64,000 nucleotides of DNA from a bacterium (GTDB taxonomy: Bacteria > Patescibacteriota > Andersenbacteria > UBA10190): contig JBDRMS010000006.1 of NCBI GenBank assembly GCA_043811915.1, forward strand, positions 86,870 through 150,869, written 5' to 3'. The position numbers were made by a program, and so were the translations under genes. Below the pieces are notes generated by a model. That model saw nothing but the letters and a program-made list of their open reading frames with translations. It did not search any database and was not told the DNA's origin. Positions 28,771 to 38,133 of this stretch are shown here, in pieces (the first letter of the stretch is position 1; each line of letters starts with the position of its first letter).

Positions 28771-29925
28771 TTAAAACTTTATCTCACGGTAGCCGTACTG
28801 CTCAATGCGGCCGAGAACCCATTTGTTGATGGCAGGGGTAACGATTAGTGTGGCGCGGTACTTACTGGGATTGTCGAGATCGCTTAAGCGGTCGACGTTG
28901 ATAGTGAAAGTACCGTCACTTGTGTCTTTGAAGGCACTGTATGCGGTCGATGGCATCATTAGGTAACCGTCGCGCATGAGGGAGTCTTCTTGGGTAACTT
29001 CGAATAGGCGCAATGCTTTGGCATTCCAGTCATCTTCTTGGTTAGCAAATAAAATGAAAGGTAGCCAATGTAACCACTCACCGATTTTTTCACCGTTGGA
29101 CACAATGAAACCGACGGGTTTAATTGGTGGTTGGAGGCTGGACAGGTAGAGAATTCTGGTGGGACCGCCTGGCTTATCGTAATGAAGATGTCTGGTCAGC
29201 TCATGCTCGACGGCTAACTTGCTGCGGCTGAAGTTTTGTGGGTAACCGCGTTCTGGTTTACCCATAAAAGTAACCAGGCGCTTACTATGGCTAGTGGGCG
29301 GCTGGCGGAATTTTAAGGGGCTACCCTTAGCCCTAAAAAAGTCGAAGTCGATCTTTACTTTAGGGTTTAGAGGCAACTTTGCCTGGTAGATCCCCGCACT
29401 ACAGGCAACAACTAGTTCCCGCGTTATGTAGTTGAGGATTGCAGAACAAATAGGTTGTCCCCGCCGGATACAAGTGATGGCAGCGTTGGCTCCTGTGATT
29501 GAGACAGGCTGGCCGTAGGATCGTTCCCAGTTGGTAATAGTATCGCGCTGTCTGATTACGTCAGCGACGTGATCGCCAGGGCGAGAGTTTTTTTGCAGGA
29601 ATTCGCACAGTTCGGAGGAGCGGTCGCAGGGGTCACAGCCGTAGAAAGTACGAGCTCCATGAACAGTGGTGGGACCAGTTGTGGCCAGGGGATTAGCGTC
29701 TTCGCCGCGTTCCTCGGTGATGAGGATGGCATATTGATCAAATTCCTTAAGGTCGGCGGTTATGGTGTTTTCCGGTCGCTGGTCAAGGCCCAGGGTGTCT
29801 CCTTTGTATGGCACGTGGGATTTACTGATGGCCTCTTCAACAAGCGTGTCCAACATGGTCTGATTGGCGTCGACGAGGGCATTGAGTACGGCGTTGCAAT
29901 AGGCTCTTTCGATCCCATAAAACAT
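28771..29925 (-). CDS. Divergent inositol-monophosphatase/FBPase (FIG) superfamily-like protein
   Basis: D-x3-E (DQRPE), TEE, DPCDRS resembling DPxDG(T/S); SD AAGGAGA. Confidence 0.5.
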   Translation of the reverse strand: MFYGIERAYCNAVLNALVDANQTMLDTLVEEAISKSHVPYKGDTLGLDQRPENTITADLKEFDQYAILITEERGEDANPLATTGPTTVHGARTFYGCDPCDRSSELCEFLQKNSRPGDHVADVIRQRDTITNWERSYGQPVSITGANAAITCIRRGQPICSAILNYITRELVVACSAGIYQAKLPLNPKVKIDFDFFRAKGSPLKFRQPPTSHSKRLVTFMGKPERGYPQNFSRSKLAVEHELTRHLHYDKPGGPTRILYLSSLQPPIKPVGFIVSNGEKIGEWLHWLPFILFANQEDDWNAKALRLFEVTQEDSLMRDGYLMMPSTAYSAFKDTSDGTFTINVDRLSDLDNPSKYRATLIVTPAINKWVLGRIEQYGYREIKF

Positions 29926-30050
29926 AACAGGTCTCCTTGAGAATAGGTTGTAAAGGGCAAGACAAGACTGATTTGCAGGTTATGTCAGCAACAGGGAAGC
30001 TTAAGATATTTTTGATGTTTTTGGCAAGTATACTGGACGAGTACATAGAA

Positions 30051-30079
30051 TTGACATTATTTTTGTAAGGGAGGACAGT
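30051..30079 (+). promoter_or_regulatory. Putative promoter TTGACA-N17-GACAGT for the 30136 gene
   Basis: Perfect -35, near-consensus -10. Confidence 0.5.
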
Positions 30080-30135
30080 GAGGGTGTTTGTACACTCACA
30101 ATTCTTGAACATCTACATGCCAACCGGAGGTTATT

Positions 30136-30588
30136 ATGAGTAAAGCTCCAAAGACACGCATTGTACAAGATTCCTGGTTCGTTATTAGTAGTCAGTGCCC
30201 AGAGGAGGTGAGGTTAGCACTTGTGTGTGGATTGCCAAAAGATGGCTACTGGGGACCAAACACATACAATGGCGACCGATTCGTAGGCAGCATTGGTGAC
30301 ATCAACATTGGCGTATGTTGTTCCGATAACCACATAGAAGATGACGACGGAATTCCAGTGAGCAGTTTATGCGGACTGGGTAAAACTTATCACCTGTTTG
30401 CTTATCGGGGAGAAGAACTGCTTTGGATGAGAATGATGTATCGGCATAGTGCTTCCATCGAAGGTGATAGAATCAAGCTAGTGCATGCTTTTCACAGGTT
30501 TGAACCCGGGAATCCTGAATATCGGTCGTACTATCTGGATCCAAAGACGGGAGAAAAGATTTCTGACCTGTCGTTGGTAAAACATTAA
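30136..30588 (+). CDS. Hypothetical protein
   Basis: 150 aa ORF with GGAGG SD, promoter and terminator; no recognised motif. Confidence 0.75.
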   Translation: MSKAPKTRIVQDSWFVISSQCPEEVRLALVCGLPKDGYWGPNTYNGDRFVGSIGDINIGVCCSDNHIEDDDGIPVSSLCGLGKTYHLFAYRGEELLWMRMMYRHSASIEGDRIKLVHAFHRFEPGNPEYRSYYLDPKTGEKISDLSLVKH

Positions 30589-30602
30589 CTGTCTGTTACC
30601 TC

Positions 30603-30625
30603 ACCACCCCCGGGTGGTTTTTTTT
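30603..30625 (+). terminator. Intrinsic terminator
   Basis: ACCACCC-CC-GGGTGGT followed by a T-run. Confidence 0.75.
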
Positions 30626-30630
30626 CTTCA

Positions 30631-30652
30631 CTCCATATAACGTTATATGGAG
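30631..30652. repeat. Perfect 22-bp palindrome CTCCATATAACGTTATATGGAG
   Basis: Read directly. Confidence 0.85.
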
Positions 30653-30727
30653 GATTAGGCGTGTTAGTGCTTAAGAAGCCAGTTCCAAACAGTTTTAAGG
30701 ATTATCTAAATGAAATGGCAAGACAGG

Positions 30728-31216
30728 TTAGTTGATAAGCACGGCTGCCAGAAAAGCCACAATTATTCCCACTGCCAGAAGCAGCTGCAGCACTTTGGCG
30801 CCCAGCAAGCCCAAGACGGAAAATAAAGCCGCCCGGCTGGCTTTGTTGGTCGAACTTCCCTCGTAAGTGGCGCCCAGGAAAGACCCTAGCAACATGCCGG
30901 CTAAAATGCCAACGGGACCGGCGGAAATGAAGCCAAGCAACGCGCCGATAATCAGGCCGATCATGGCAAACTTTCCGCCTCCTCCCGCTCTGACGCCAAT
31001 GGCCGCACCAATATATTCAATGAGCCAGGCCAGAATGGCCACTACACCAAAAATGATGATTGTGGCCGTGCTAATACTGGCGAAATTAGTTGCAACTGCA
31101 TATATTAGAATGCCCAAAAAGACCAGTCCTACACCGGGCAGTATGGGTATAAAGATACCAGCTAGGCCAGTGATAAAGAGGAAGGCAACAATGAGCCAAA
31201 GCAAAAGGATAGACAT
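30728..31216 (-). CDS. DUF456-like membrane protein
   Basis: P.LPG, GGGK...G..IG..LG, GP.G...G..LG, very hydrophobic. Confidence 0.8.
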   Translation of the reverse strand: MSILLLWLIVAFLFITGLAGIFIPILPGVGLVFLGILIYAVATNFASISTATIIIFGVVAILAWLIEYIGAAIGVRAGGGGKFAMIGLIIGALLGFISAGPVGILAGMLLGSFLGATYEGSSTNKASRAALFSVLGLLGAKVLQLLLAVGIIVAFLAAVLIN

Positions 31217-31272
31217 ATGGGGGGTATTGTGTCAAATAGATAGAGCTAGTATTATATGCAGTATAGGACAGT

Positions 31273-31653
31273 ATGAAAGGGTTTGTCATTGACATTGAAA
31301 AAGCGACGGAGGAGAACACCGACTACCGGCGGGTTTTATATACGGCAGAGAATAGCCAATTGGTGGTGATGAATATCCAACCCGGGGACGAGATCGGGGA
31401 AGAGGTGCACAAACTGGACCAGTTTATTCGTATTGAGAAGGGCCAGACGAAGGCTATTTTAGATGGCGAAGAAAGTGAAATGAAGGAAGGCTTCGCGGTG
31501 GTTATTCCGGCAGGGACTAAACATAATATTGTTAATACGGGAAGCGGCGAGCTGAAAGTATATAGTGTCTATTCACCGCCGCAGCATCGTGATGGGGTGG
31601 TACATAGAACGAAGGCGGAAGCTGACGCAGACGAGGAACATTTTGGTGGATAA
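31273..31653 (+). CDS. Cupin domain protein
   Basis: IG.EVH..DQF, IPAGTKHNI.N, YSPP.H. Confidence 0.9.
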   Translation: MKGFVIDIEKATEENTDYRRVLYTAENSQLVVMNIQPGDEIGEEVHKLDQFIRIEKGQTKAILDGEESEMKEGFAVVIPAGTKHNIVNTGSGELKVYSVYSPPQHRDGVVHRTKAEADADEEHFGG

Positions 31654-31659
31654 ACGAAT

Positions 31660-31685
31660 AAAAAAATCCCCCGGGGAGCAGGGGA
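31660..31685 (-). terminator. Intrinsic terminator, loop GCUCCCC
   Basis: Minus strand TCCCCT-GCTCCCC-GGGGGA-T7. Confidence 0.65.
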
Positions 31686-31704
31686 GGTGAGTACGAATAC
31701 AGCT

Positions 31705-32760
31705 TTAAGAATGTTGGCGCGCCAGTGTTTTTTCACGCTCAAGTTGGTTTTCTTCAGCTTGCTGCCTTTGTTGTGTGGCTGTAATAACCAGTCTTAGCGC
31801 TTTCTTTAATTGAACAAGACCACTAATGCCGATGTTGGGAATGGCTAGAAGGCTGTCTTCAGTAATTCCAAGAAGATCCTGGAACTTTACGTAGCCATTT
31901 TTTTCAAGAGCGTTGCTTGCCCGGACAGGCACCAGCTCGGAGATGAACGTATCTAACCCTAATTTCAACCATGCCTCGTTGCGTGCGGATTGTTTGCGAA
32001 TGACAGTTAATATGCTGCCCCACTCACTTACTGATTTCTGGCTGTTTGAGAACGCGCGGGCGAGATTACACAGGTGGGGTTTTACGGTTGGATGTTGAAG
32101 GGCTGCCATAATCTGGCTGGCGCACGAGAAGAGTGTTTTATACTCATCAAAACGTTGTGCATTGTCGCCAAATTGGACACTTAAGCACGCTTCCTTGAGG
32201 ATGGCTTGGGTTAGTTTCCTGATTCCTGTAATTGGTTCTGTGTTGGACAAGCCATACCTGACTTTCAGGAAAGCCTGACAAAAAGGCCATGGGTCTTGCT
32301 TGGTCAGGGCAGGGGGCAGAGTTAGCTCCAGAGCCTGGTCGATGGCTGGTCCGATGTTGGAAGGCCAGAGCTGGTGGGCGTAGGCGCGTTGTTGTTTGCG
32401 GTAGTGGATAAACAGGAGTCGGCAAAGTTTTCTGCTGTCCGGGGTGGATAAACCGAGTCTGGTAAAGGTAAGGTGACCGGGTTTTGACAGCAAGCTGGCG
32501 ATGAAATGGTGGTCGGCCGGAAGGACCAGGGGACAAAGCTGACGAAAGTGACGCTTACCCAGAGTTCGTTCCAGAAATAGTAAGTAACCCAGGCCCGGAA
32601 AGTGTCGGTTAACAGGATGTCGGCCTTTTTTGGTTAGAATGTTGTACAGACTGCAGCTGACTATTTTGTGCTGAAGCCTTTGCCAGCCGGGTGCAGCGGT
32701 GATTAAGCCAGACAGAGCGGCAACGCTTATGGCGCGCCTATTTAAAGGTTTCTTAGCTAT
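31705..32760 (-). CDS. Protein with RNA polymerase alpha-CTD-like domain and degenerate sigma70 region-4-like segment; possible ATA start at 32760 (first TTG 32493)
   Basis: VRASNALEKNG....DLL..TEDSLLAIPNIG; frame open to 32820. Confidence 0.65.
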   Translation of the reverse strand: MAKKPLNRRAISVAALSGLITAAPGWQRLQHKIVSCSLYNILTKKGRHPVNRHFPGLGYLLFLERTLGKRHFRQLCPLVLPADHHFIASLLSKPGHLTFTRLGLSTPDSRKLCRLLFIHYRKQQRAYAHQLWPSNIGPAIDQALELTLPPALTKQDPWPFCQAFLKVRYGLSNTEPITGIRKLTQAILKEACLSVQFGDNAQRFDEYKTLFSCASQIMAALQHPTVKPHLCNLARAFSNSQKSVSEWGSILTVIRKQSARNEAWLKLGLDTFISELVPVRASNALEKNGYVKFQDLLGITEDSLLAIPNIGISGLVQLKKALRLVITATQQRQQAEENQLEREKTLARQHS

Positions 32761-32891
32761 GGTTATGCCTCTTTTCCAGTGAGTTGTGAAAAGAACTTTC
32801 CGATTATTAGGGTAAGATAGTTAATGTAATAAGGGAAGAAATAGCCTTTTTATTGTTGAGCTGGGAGAGGTATAGATGCAACAATGAAGGA

Positions 32892-33992
32892 GTGAGAATT
32901 GTAATTGATGCACGGGCTTACAGTTGGGCGGGAGTGGGGCGTTATATTCGTAATTTATTGAAGCAGCTGGGTCAGTTGCAAAGCGGACACAGATTTGTAG
33001 TGCTGCTGGGTAAACAGGATATCCCGAAGTTTAAAAAAGATGTCGGTGAAAGAAGGAAAGACTTTTTTGATATACAGGAAGTCGAGGCTTCGTATTATTC
33101 CTGGCAGGAGCAGACAACTTTTTTATGGCAATTACGGGCAATTAAGGCTGACTTGTATCACTTCACACATTTTAATGTCCCATTGTTCTTTAACCAGCCC
33201 TACCTGGTAACGATTCATGACGTGACCAGATTTATTTTTCCTGGTCAGAGGCAGCAGGGCTTGGTTCACCAAATAGCGTATGAACAAGTATTTAAACATG
33301 CGGTGGAGAAGGCGCGCGGTGTTATTTGCGTGTCAGAGACGACGAAAAGAGATCTTAAAAATTTGCCGCTTAAATTGCCGAATGTGGTGGAGACTATTTA
33401 TGAGGGAGTAGAGAAGAGTTTTACGCCGGATATAAGAAGGAAGCACCGTCAACGAGTGCGGTTGGTGCTGGGAACGCAGGATCCTTATCTACTGTATGTG
33501 GGTGTTTGGATGAATCATAAAAATTTACCGCGTCTGCTGGCTGCTTATAAGCTACTACTAAAAAAGCGTCCCAATTTGAAACTAGTGCTGACTGGCAGGG
33601 CAAGGATGGGTGATGTTGACGTATTAAACATAGCGAAAAAATTGAAGTTGGACAGTGATAAAATAATATATCCTGGTTTTGTGCCGCAAAAATTGCTGCC
33701 GGCGTTGTATGCGGAGGCGGCCTGTTTAGTGTTACCAAGTTTGTATGAAGGATTTGGTTTGCCGGCACTGGAAGCGATGGCTTGCGGAATACCGGTTGTG
33801 GCATCAAATGTGTCCAGCCTGCCGGAAATTTTGGGGCAGGGGGCAGAATATGTTAACCCGGAATACACGCCGGGAATAGCGGCTGGCATTGAACGGGCGT
33901 TGGGGAGAATTAACCAGTGTAATCAAACAAGGCGATTTAGCTGGGAGCGGTGTGCGTTTGAGACATTGAGTGTATATACCTGGGTGGGGTAA
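32892..33992 (+). CDS. GT4 glycosyltransferase (GTG 32892 preferred)
   Basis: RIVIDAR, GVGRY, TIHD, HKN, PSLYEGFGLPALEA. Confidence 0.95.
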   Translation: MRIVIDARAYSWAGVGRYIRNLLKQLGQLQSGHRFVVLLGKQDIPKFKKDVGERRKDFFDIQEVEASYYSWQEQTTFLWQLRAIKADLYHFTHFNVPLFFNQPYLVTIHDVTRFIFPGQRQQGLVHQIAYEQVFKHAVEKARGVICVSETTKRDLKNLPLKLPNVVETIYEGVEKSFTPDIRRKHRQRVRLVLGTQDPYLLYVGVWMNHKNLPRLLAAYKLLLKKRPNLKLVLTGRARMGDVDVLNIAKKLKLDSDKIIYPGFVPQKLLPALYAEAACLVLPSLYEGFGLPALEAMACGIPVVASNVSSLPEILGQGAEYVNPEYTPGIAAGIERALGRINQCNQTRRFSWERCAFETLSVYTWVG

Positions 33993-34001
33993 ACTGAAGG
34001 T

Positions 34002-36458
34002 GTGTTGGATATAATACCAGCCGGCTCTTCGGGTGGAGAAGGAAAGGCAAAAAACAGAAAGCAAAAGCCCAACGTTGTTGAGTTGAGCTGGAAACTGCCG
34101 GTGCGTCTAAGGCGTCCGGTAAGTGATGATTTTAAAAGGAGAACTATTACGACTAAAAGGCCTACGCGAGTTCAGAAACAGATGGGAGTGGAGCATCACA
34201 CGGGTGATGTGTACCGGAACTCCCGGGCGGAGATGCGTTTGCCGGAACCGCCGTATACGGGGAAATTTTCGCGGGGGTGTATTTCTTCGCCCAAGCCTGT
34301 CACTCATCGGGTCGTTCGACGAGCTACGCAACAGCCAGCTTTAGGTGTCGAGCGGGACCTGGCGTATAAGTTTACGGGTGAAGTAAATAAAAAGAGTACG
34401 CCCAGTGTGGAAAGAATTGTTTTGCCAAGAGGCAGATTGAGGAAAAAGGGCTGGACTAACCCTATAAATCGGAAGTTGGTCTTTAATATGACTGTGTTGT
34501 TAGTTGGTTGTTTGTTGGTGTACGGGTTGTTTTGGAATTTACAGGGACTGGGGCGAGGCCTGGCGCAGCTTGGCCCGATACGTGATCAAATAGGCGTGGC
34601 CCTGGGGCGTGTATTATCAGCTTCCGGTGCGCTGGCGGAGACAGATTTTGTTAGTAGCGAACAGGACTTTGCTGACGCGCAGGTGGTTTTGACTGAAGCA
34701 CAGACTGAAATGGAACGGGTGATGGGATATACCGGTACTGTTTTGCGATATCTTGATGTGACAGGGACAGTGCGGGCAGGCCAGGATTTGTTGACGGCCG
34801 GGGAGGCATTGACGCGGGCAGGGCAGCATGTATCACGGGGTCTGGAGCCATTATTTAAGTGGTCGGAGAAGTCCTCATTAGTTGAGGCTATTGGACAGTC
34901 TCAACAGGAGCTGATTCAAGCAGTGGCCTTGTTGGAGGAGGCAGAGCAGGCGTTGAAAAACGCGGACAGTCCATTTTTACCACAAGACATAGCAGGCCAG
35001 ATGGAATTGTTGCAGGAAAGTGTGCCGCGAGTAAGGCAGGCATTAACCATATATCTGGATCAGAGTAGCGTGTTGTTGACTGTGCTGGGCGCGGAAAGGG
35101 AGAGGGAGTATTTACTCCTTTTCATGAACAACCACGAGTTGCGACCGACGGGCGGATTTATTGGCAGTATTGCTTTGGTTAGCATAGACCGCGGAGTGGT
35201 GGAAAAGATTGACGTGGAAAGTGTATACGACGGTGATGGCCAGCTGAAAGATTTTATTGCACCGCCGGATCCCTTATTATTAGTGACTAATCGCTGGTAC
35301 CTACGAGACACAAACTGGTTTGTTGACTGGCCGGTTAGTGCGGCTAAAACGGCTGAATTTTTTGAGAAGGAGGGTGGACCGACGGTGGATGGGGTCATTG
35401 CCTTGACGCCGGAGGTGGTGCGGGAATTACTGGGTATAGTTGGTGAAGTAGATATGCCGCAGTACGACGTGGTGGTGACGGCAGATAATTTCTGGGACGT
35501 TGTGCAGCGGGAAGTAACCTATGAATATAATGAGAAGTTGAACAGGCCGAAGCAGTTCCTGGCAGATCTGACACCGATATTACTAGGACGGCTGATGACG
35601 TCGTCGGCTGACCAGTCTTTGGCGGTATTAAATGTATTGTCTGGTATGTTGCAGCAAAAGAATATCTTGATGTATTTCCGTGATGATAATGTGCAAGAGC
35701 GGTTGAAAGCCGCTGGTTGGGCGGGAGAGATACCGCGTAATCGGCGGGGATTGCTGGCTATCAACAATGCTAACATCGGAGGACATAAAAGCGACCAATT
35801 TATAGAGCAGGACGTTGATTACCAACTGGATATGCAAAAAAATGGTGATGTTGATGTAATGTTGACGATACGGCGTACGCACCGGGGGCCGGAGGAAGCA
35901 ATGGATTACGTGTATCCCAAGGATGAAAATCCTGCGCAAAAGGACAACGTAGTGTATCAGCGTGTGCTGGTGTCGGAGGGAGCAGAGCTTAAGGAAGCGG
36001 ATGGATTTGCCACTGAAGCAGAGTTGCCGCACTTTGCGGTGCCGGAGCCCGACCTGTCATTGATGGTTGATCCGGAGGTGGCGGAATGGCAGCGAGGGCA
36101 AGTACGACACGAGACCGGAACGATGATTGGTCGAGAAGCCGGCTACACTTTTTTTGCCAACTGGGTGGTGACGGCGCCAGGCGAAACATCAGTGACTTTT
36201 TATCGTTATCGGCTAAAAAATGAAGTGACTTTGCCCACTGTGTTTGATCCGGCGCAATCTTTTGAGGCGTACGTGTTTAAACAACCAGGTCAGGAGAGAA
36301 CACAGTTAAGAGTGGTGATGAACTTGCCGGAGACAACTCGCATAGTACACACGGTGCCAGAAGATGGGGTAACGCAGCATAATGCTAACGAAGTAGTTTA
36401 TCGAGGTATGCTGCAACGCGACGGGCTGGTGGGGGCGGTGTTTGAAAAGAGTAATTGA
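34002..36458 (+). CDS. DUF4012-like membrane-anchored protein
   Basis: NN.ELRPTGGFIGS, RD.NW..D.P.SA, VDGVIA, K.FL, GG.KSD. Confidence 0.8.
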   Translation: MLDIIPAGSSGGEGKAKNRKQKPNVVELSWKLPVRLRRPVSDDFKRRTITTKRPTRVQKQMGVEHHTGDVYRNSRAEMRLPEPPYTGKFSRGCISSPKPVTHRVVRRATQQPALGVERDLAYKFTGEVNKKSTPSVERIVLPRGRLRKKGWTNPINRKLVFNMTVLLVGCLLVYGLFWNLQGLGRGLAQLGPIRDQIGVALGRVLSASGALAETDFVSSEQDFADAQVVLTEAQTEMERVMGYTGTVLRYLDVTGTVRAGQDLLTAGEALTRAGQHVSRGLEPLFKWSEKSSLVEAIGQSQQELIQAVALLEEAEQALKNADSPFLPQDIAGQMELLQESVPRVRQALTIYLDQSSVLLTVLGAEREREYLLLFMNNHELRPTGGFIGSIALVSIDRGVVEKIDVESVYDGDGQLKDFIAPPDPLLLVTNRWYLRDTNWFVDWPVSAAKTAEFFEKEGGPTVDGVIALTPEVVRELLGIVGEVDMPQYDVVVTADNFWDVVQREVTYEYNEKLNRPKQFLADLTPILLGRLMTSSADQSLAVLNVLSGMLQQKNILMYFRDDNVQERLKAAGWAGEIPRNRRGLLAINNANIGGHKSDQFIEQDVDYQLDMQKNGDVDVMLTIRRTHRGPEEAMDYVYPKDENPAQKDNVVYQRVLVSEGAELKEADGFATEAELPHFAVPEPDLSLMVDPEVAEWQRGQVRHETGTMIGREAGYTFFANWVVTAPGETSVTFYRYRLKNEVTLPTVFDPAQSFEAYVFKQPGQERTQLRVVMNLPETTRIVHTVPEDGVTQHNANEVVYRGMLQRDGLVGAVFEKSN

Positions 36459-36461
36459 AAT

Positions 36462-38078
36462 ATGAGCCAGATAAATAATGGCCGCCTGATTTCGGCAGCC
36501 ACCATCCTAGGTATTGCTTCTTTGGTCAGCGCCGTAGTTGGTTTATTGCGCGATAGAGTGCTGGCCACTACTTTTGGTGCGGGGGATGTGCTTGATGCCT
36601 ATGCGGTAGCTTTTAGGTTGCCTGACCTTATATTCAGCTTGTTGGTGTTGGGTGCTTTATCGGCCGCGTTTATTCCTTTATTTACGGAGAAGCTGGTAAA
36701 AGGCGGAGAAGGGAAACAAAAGGCGTTCGATTTTGCGTTACCGGTGCTTAATGTATTGGTATTAGTGGCGGGGGGGCTGGCTTTACTGTTTGTTATATTT
36801 GCCCCTTATCTGATTCTGTTGATAGCTCCTGGTTTTGAAGGCGAGAAACTACAAATGACTATTACGCTGGCGCGCATCATGGCATTACAACCAGTGTTGT
36901 TGGCAGTAAGCGCTGTCTTTTCTGGTATCCTTAATTCTTTTAAACGGTTTGTAGTTTATGCCCTGGCTCCGATTTTGTACAACGTGGGTATTATCTTTGG
37001 GGTGTTACTATTGGTGCCGCGCTGGGGCGTGGTGGGCCTGGCTTGGGGGGTGGTGCTGGGAGCAGGCATGCATATGTTAATTCAACTGCCCAGTGTAATA
37101 GCCTTAGGCTTTCGGTGGCGGCCAAAGTTTAATTGGGCACGAAAAGATGTGCGGGCGCTGTGGTGCATGATGGTGCCGCGAGTGGTGGGATTGGCTGCAA
37201 CTCAAGTTAATCTACTGACGGTGTCAATATTGGGGTCAAGCTTACTGGCTGGCAGTATTGCGGTGTTCCGCTTTGCGAATAACGTGCAGCTTTTGCCGGT
37301 GGGAATTTTTGGTATTGCTTTTGCCCAGGCAGCTTTTCCAACCTTAGCGGAGCAAGTAGCACAAGGACGACACATGGAGTTTCGTAATACTCTGACACGG
37401 GTGATGCGTTATATATTGTTTTTTGTGGTGCCGGCGTCGCTATTTTTCTTTCTCCTGCGGGCACAAATGATTAGGGTGATGTTTGGCGCGGGTGCTTTTG
37501 ACTGGGAGGACACTATTTTAACTTTTGAAACATTTGGCTGGTTGATTGTGAGTATTTTTGCCCAGGCTTTGATACCGCTTTTAGCGAAAGCTTTTTATGT
37601 ACAAAAAAACACCAAGACGCCGGTGATCATTTCGGTAGGCAGTATGGTGTTGAATGTTGTGCTGGCGGTTTGGTTGGCGCCGAGCATGGGGGTGCAGGGG
37701 CTGGCGTTGGCCTTCTCAGTTTCAGCGATTGTTAATGTGTTTTTATTACTTGGTGTATTGCATTGGCAATTGAATGGATTAAATGATCGGGAAGTGCTGA
37801 CTAGCCTGGCACGTATTGCGCTGGCGGCTATGGTGGCAGGTATAGTAGTACAGGTACTTAAATATCCAGTGGCGGCCCTCGTTAATATGCATCGTTTCTG
37901 GGGAATATTTGTGCAGCTAGTGGTGGCTGGCGGTGGTGGGGGTTTGGCTTACCTGGTGTTAATGTGGATGCTGGGAAGCGAGGAGTTAGCGGTTTTACGG
38001 CGGTACCTGCCGCGGCGGGCCACAGTGGATTTACCGCCAGGTACGGACACTCCGCGCTTTGAAGGATTACCGGATTGA
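36462..38078 (+). CDS. murJ: MurJ/MviN flippase
   Basis: GLLRD...A..FGAG...DAY..AFRLPD, AFIP.F, LP.GIFG, AFY....TKTP. Confidence 0.93.
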   Translation: MSQINNGRLISAATILGIASLVSAVVGLLRDRVLATTFGAGDVLDAYAVAFRLPDLIFSLLVLGALSAAFIPLFTEKLVKGGEGKQKAFDFALPVLNVLVLVAGGLALLFVIFAPYLILLIAPGFEGEKLQMTITLARIMALQPVLLAVSAVFSGILNSFKRFVVYALAPILYNVGIIFGVLLLVPRWGVVGLAWGVVLGAGMHMLIQLPSVIALGFRWRPKFNWARKDVRALWCMMVPRVVGLAATQVNLLTVSILGSSLLAGSIAVFRFANNVQLLPVGIFGIAFAQAAFPTLAEQVAQGRHMEFRNTLTRVMRYILFFVVPASLFFFLLRAQMIRVMFGAGAFDWEDTILTFETFGWLIVSIFAQALIPLLAKAFYVQKNTKTPVIISVGSMVLNVVLAVWLAPSMGVQGLALAFSVSAIVNVFLLLGVLHWQLNGLNDREVLTSLARIALAAMVAGIVVQVLKYPVAALVNMHRFWGIFVQLVVAGGGGGLAYLVLMWMLGSEELAVLRRYLPRRATVDLPPGTDTPRFEGLPD

Positions 38079-38094
38079 ACATTGTATTACTCTC

Positions 38095-38117
38095 ATTCCA
38101 ACCCTTAGGGTTGGAAT
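38095..38117. repeat. Perfect 23-bp REP-like palindrome ATTCCAACCCT-T-AGGGTTGGAAT downstream of RAYT2
   Basis: Identical copy at 38826-38848. Confidence 0.95.
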
Positions 38118-38133
38118 TGCCTTTATATGTTGT

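Noticed and set aside
31705-32493. Calling this gene rpoA
   Set aside because: Only an alpha-CTD-like segment is present; there is no alpha N-terminal domain.
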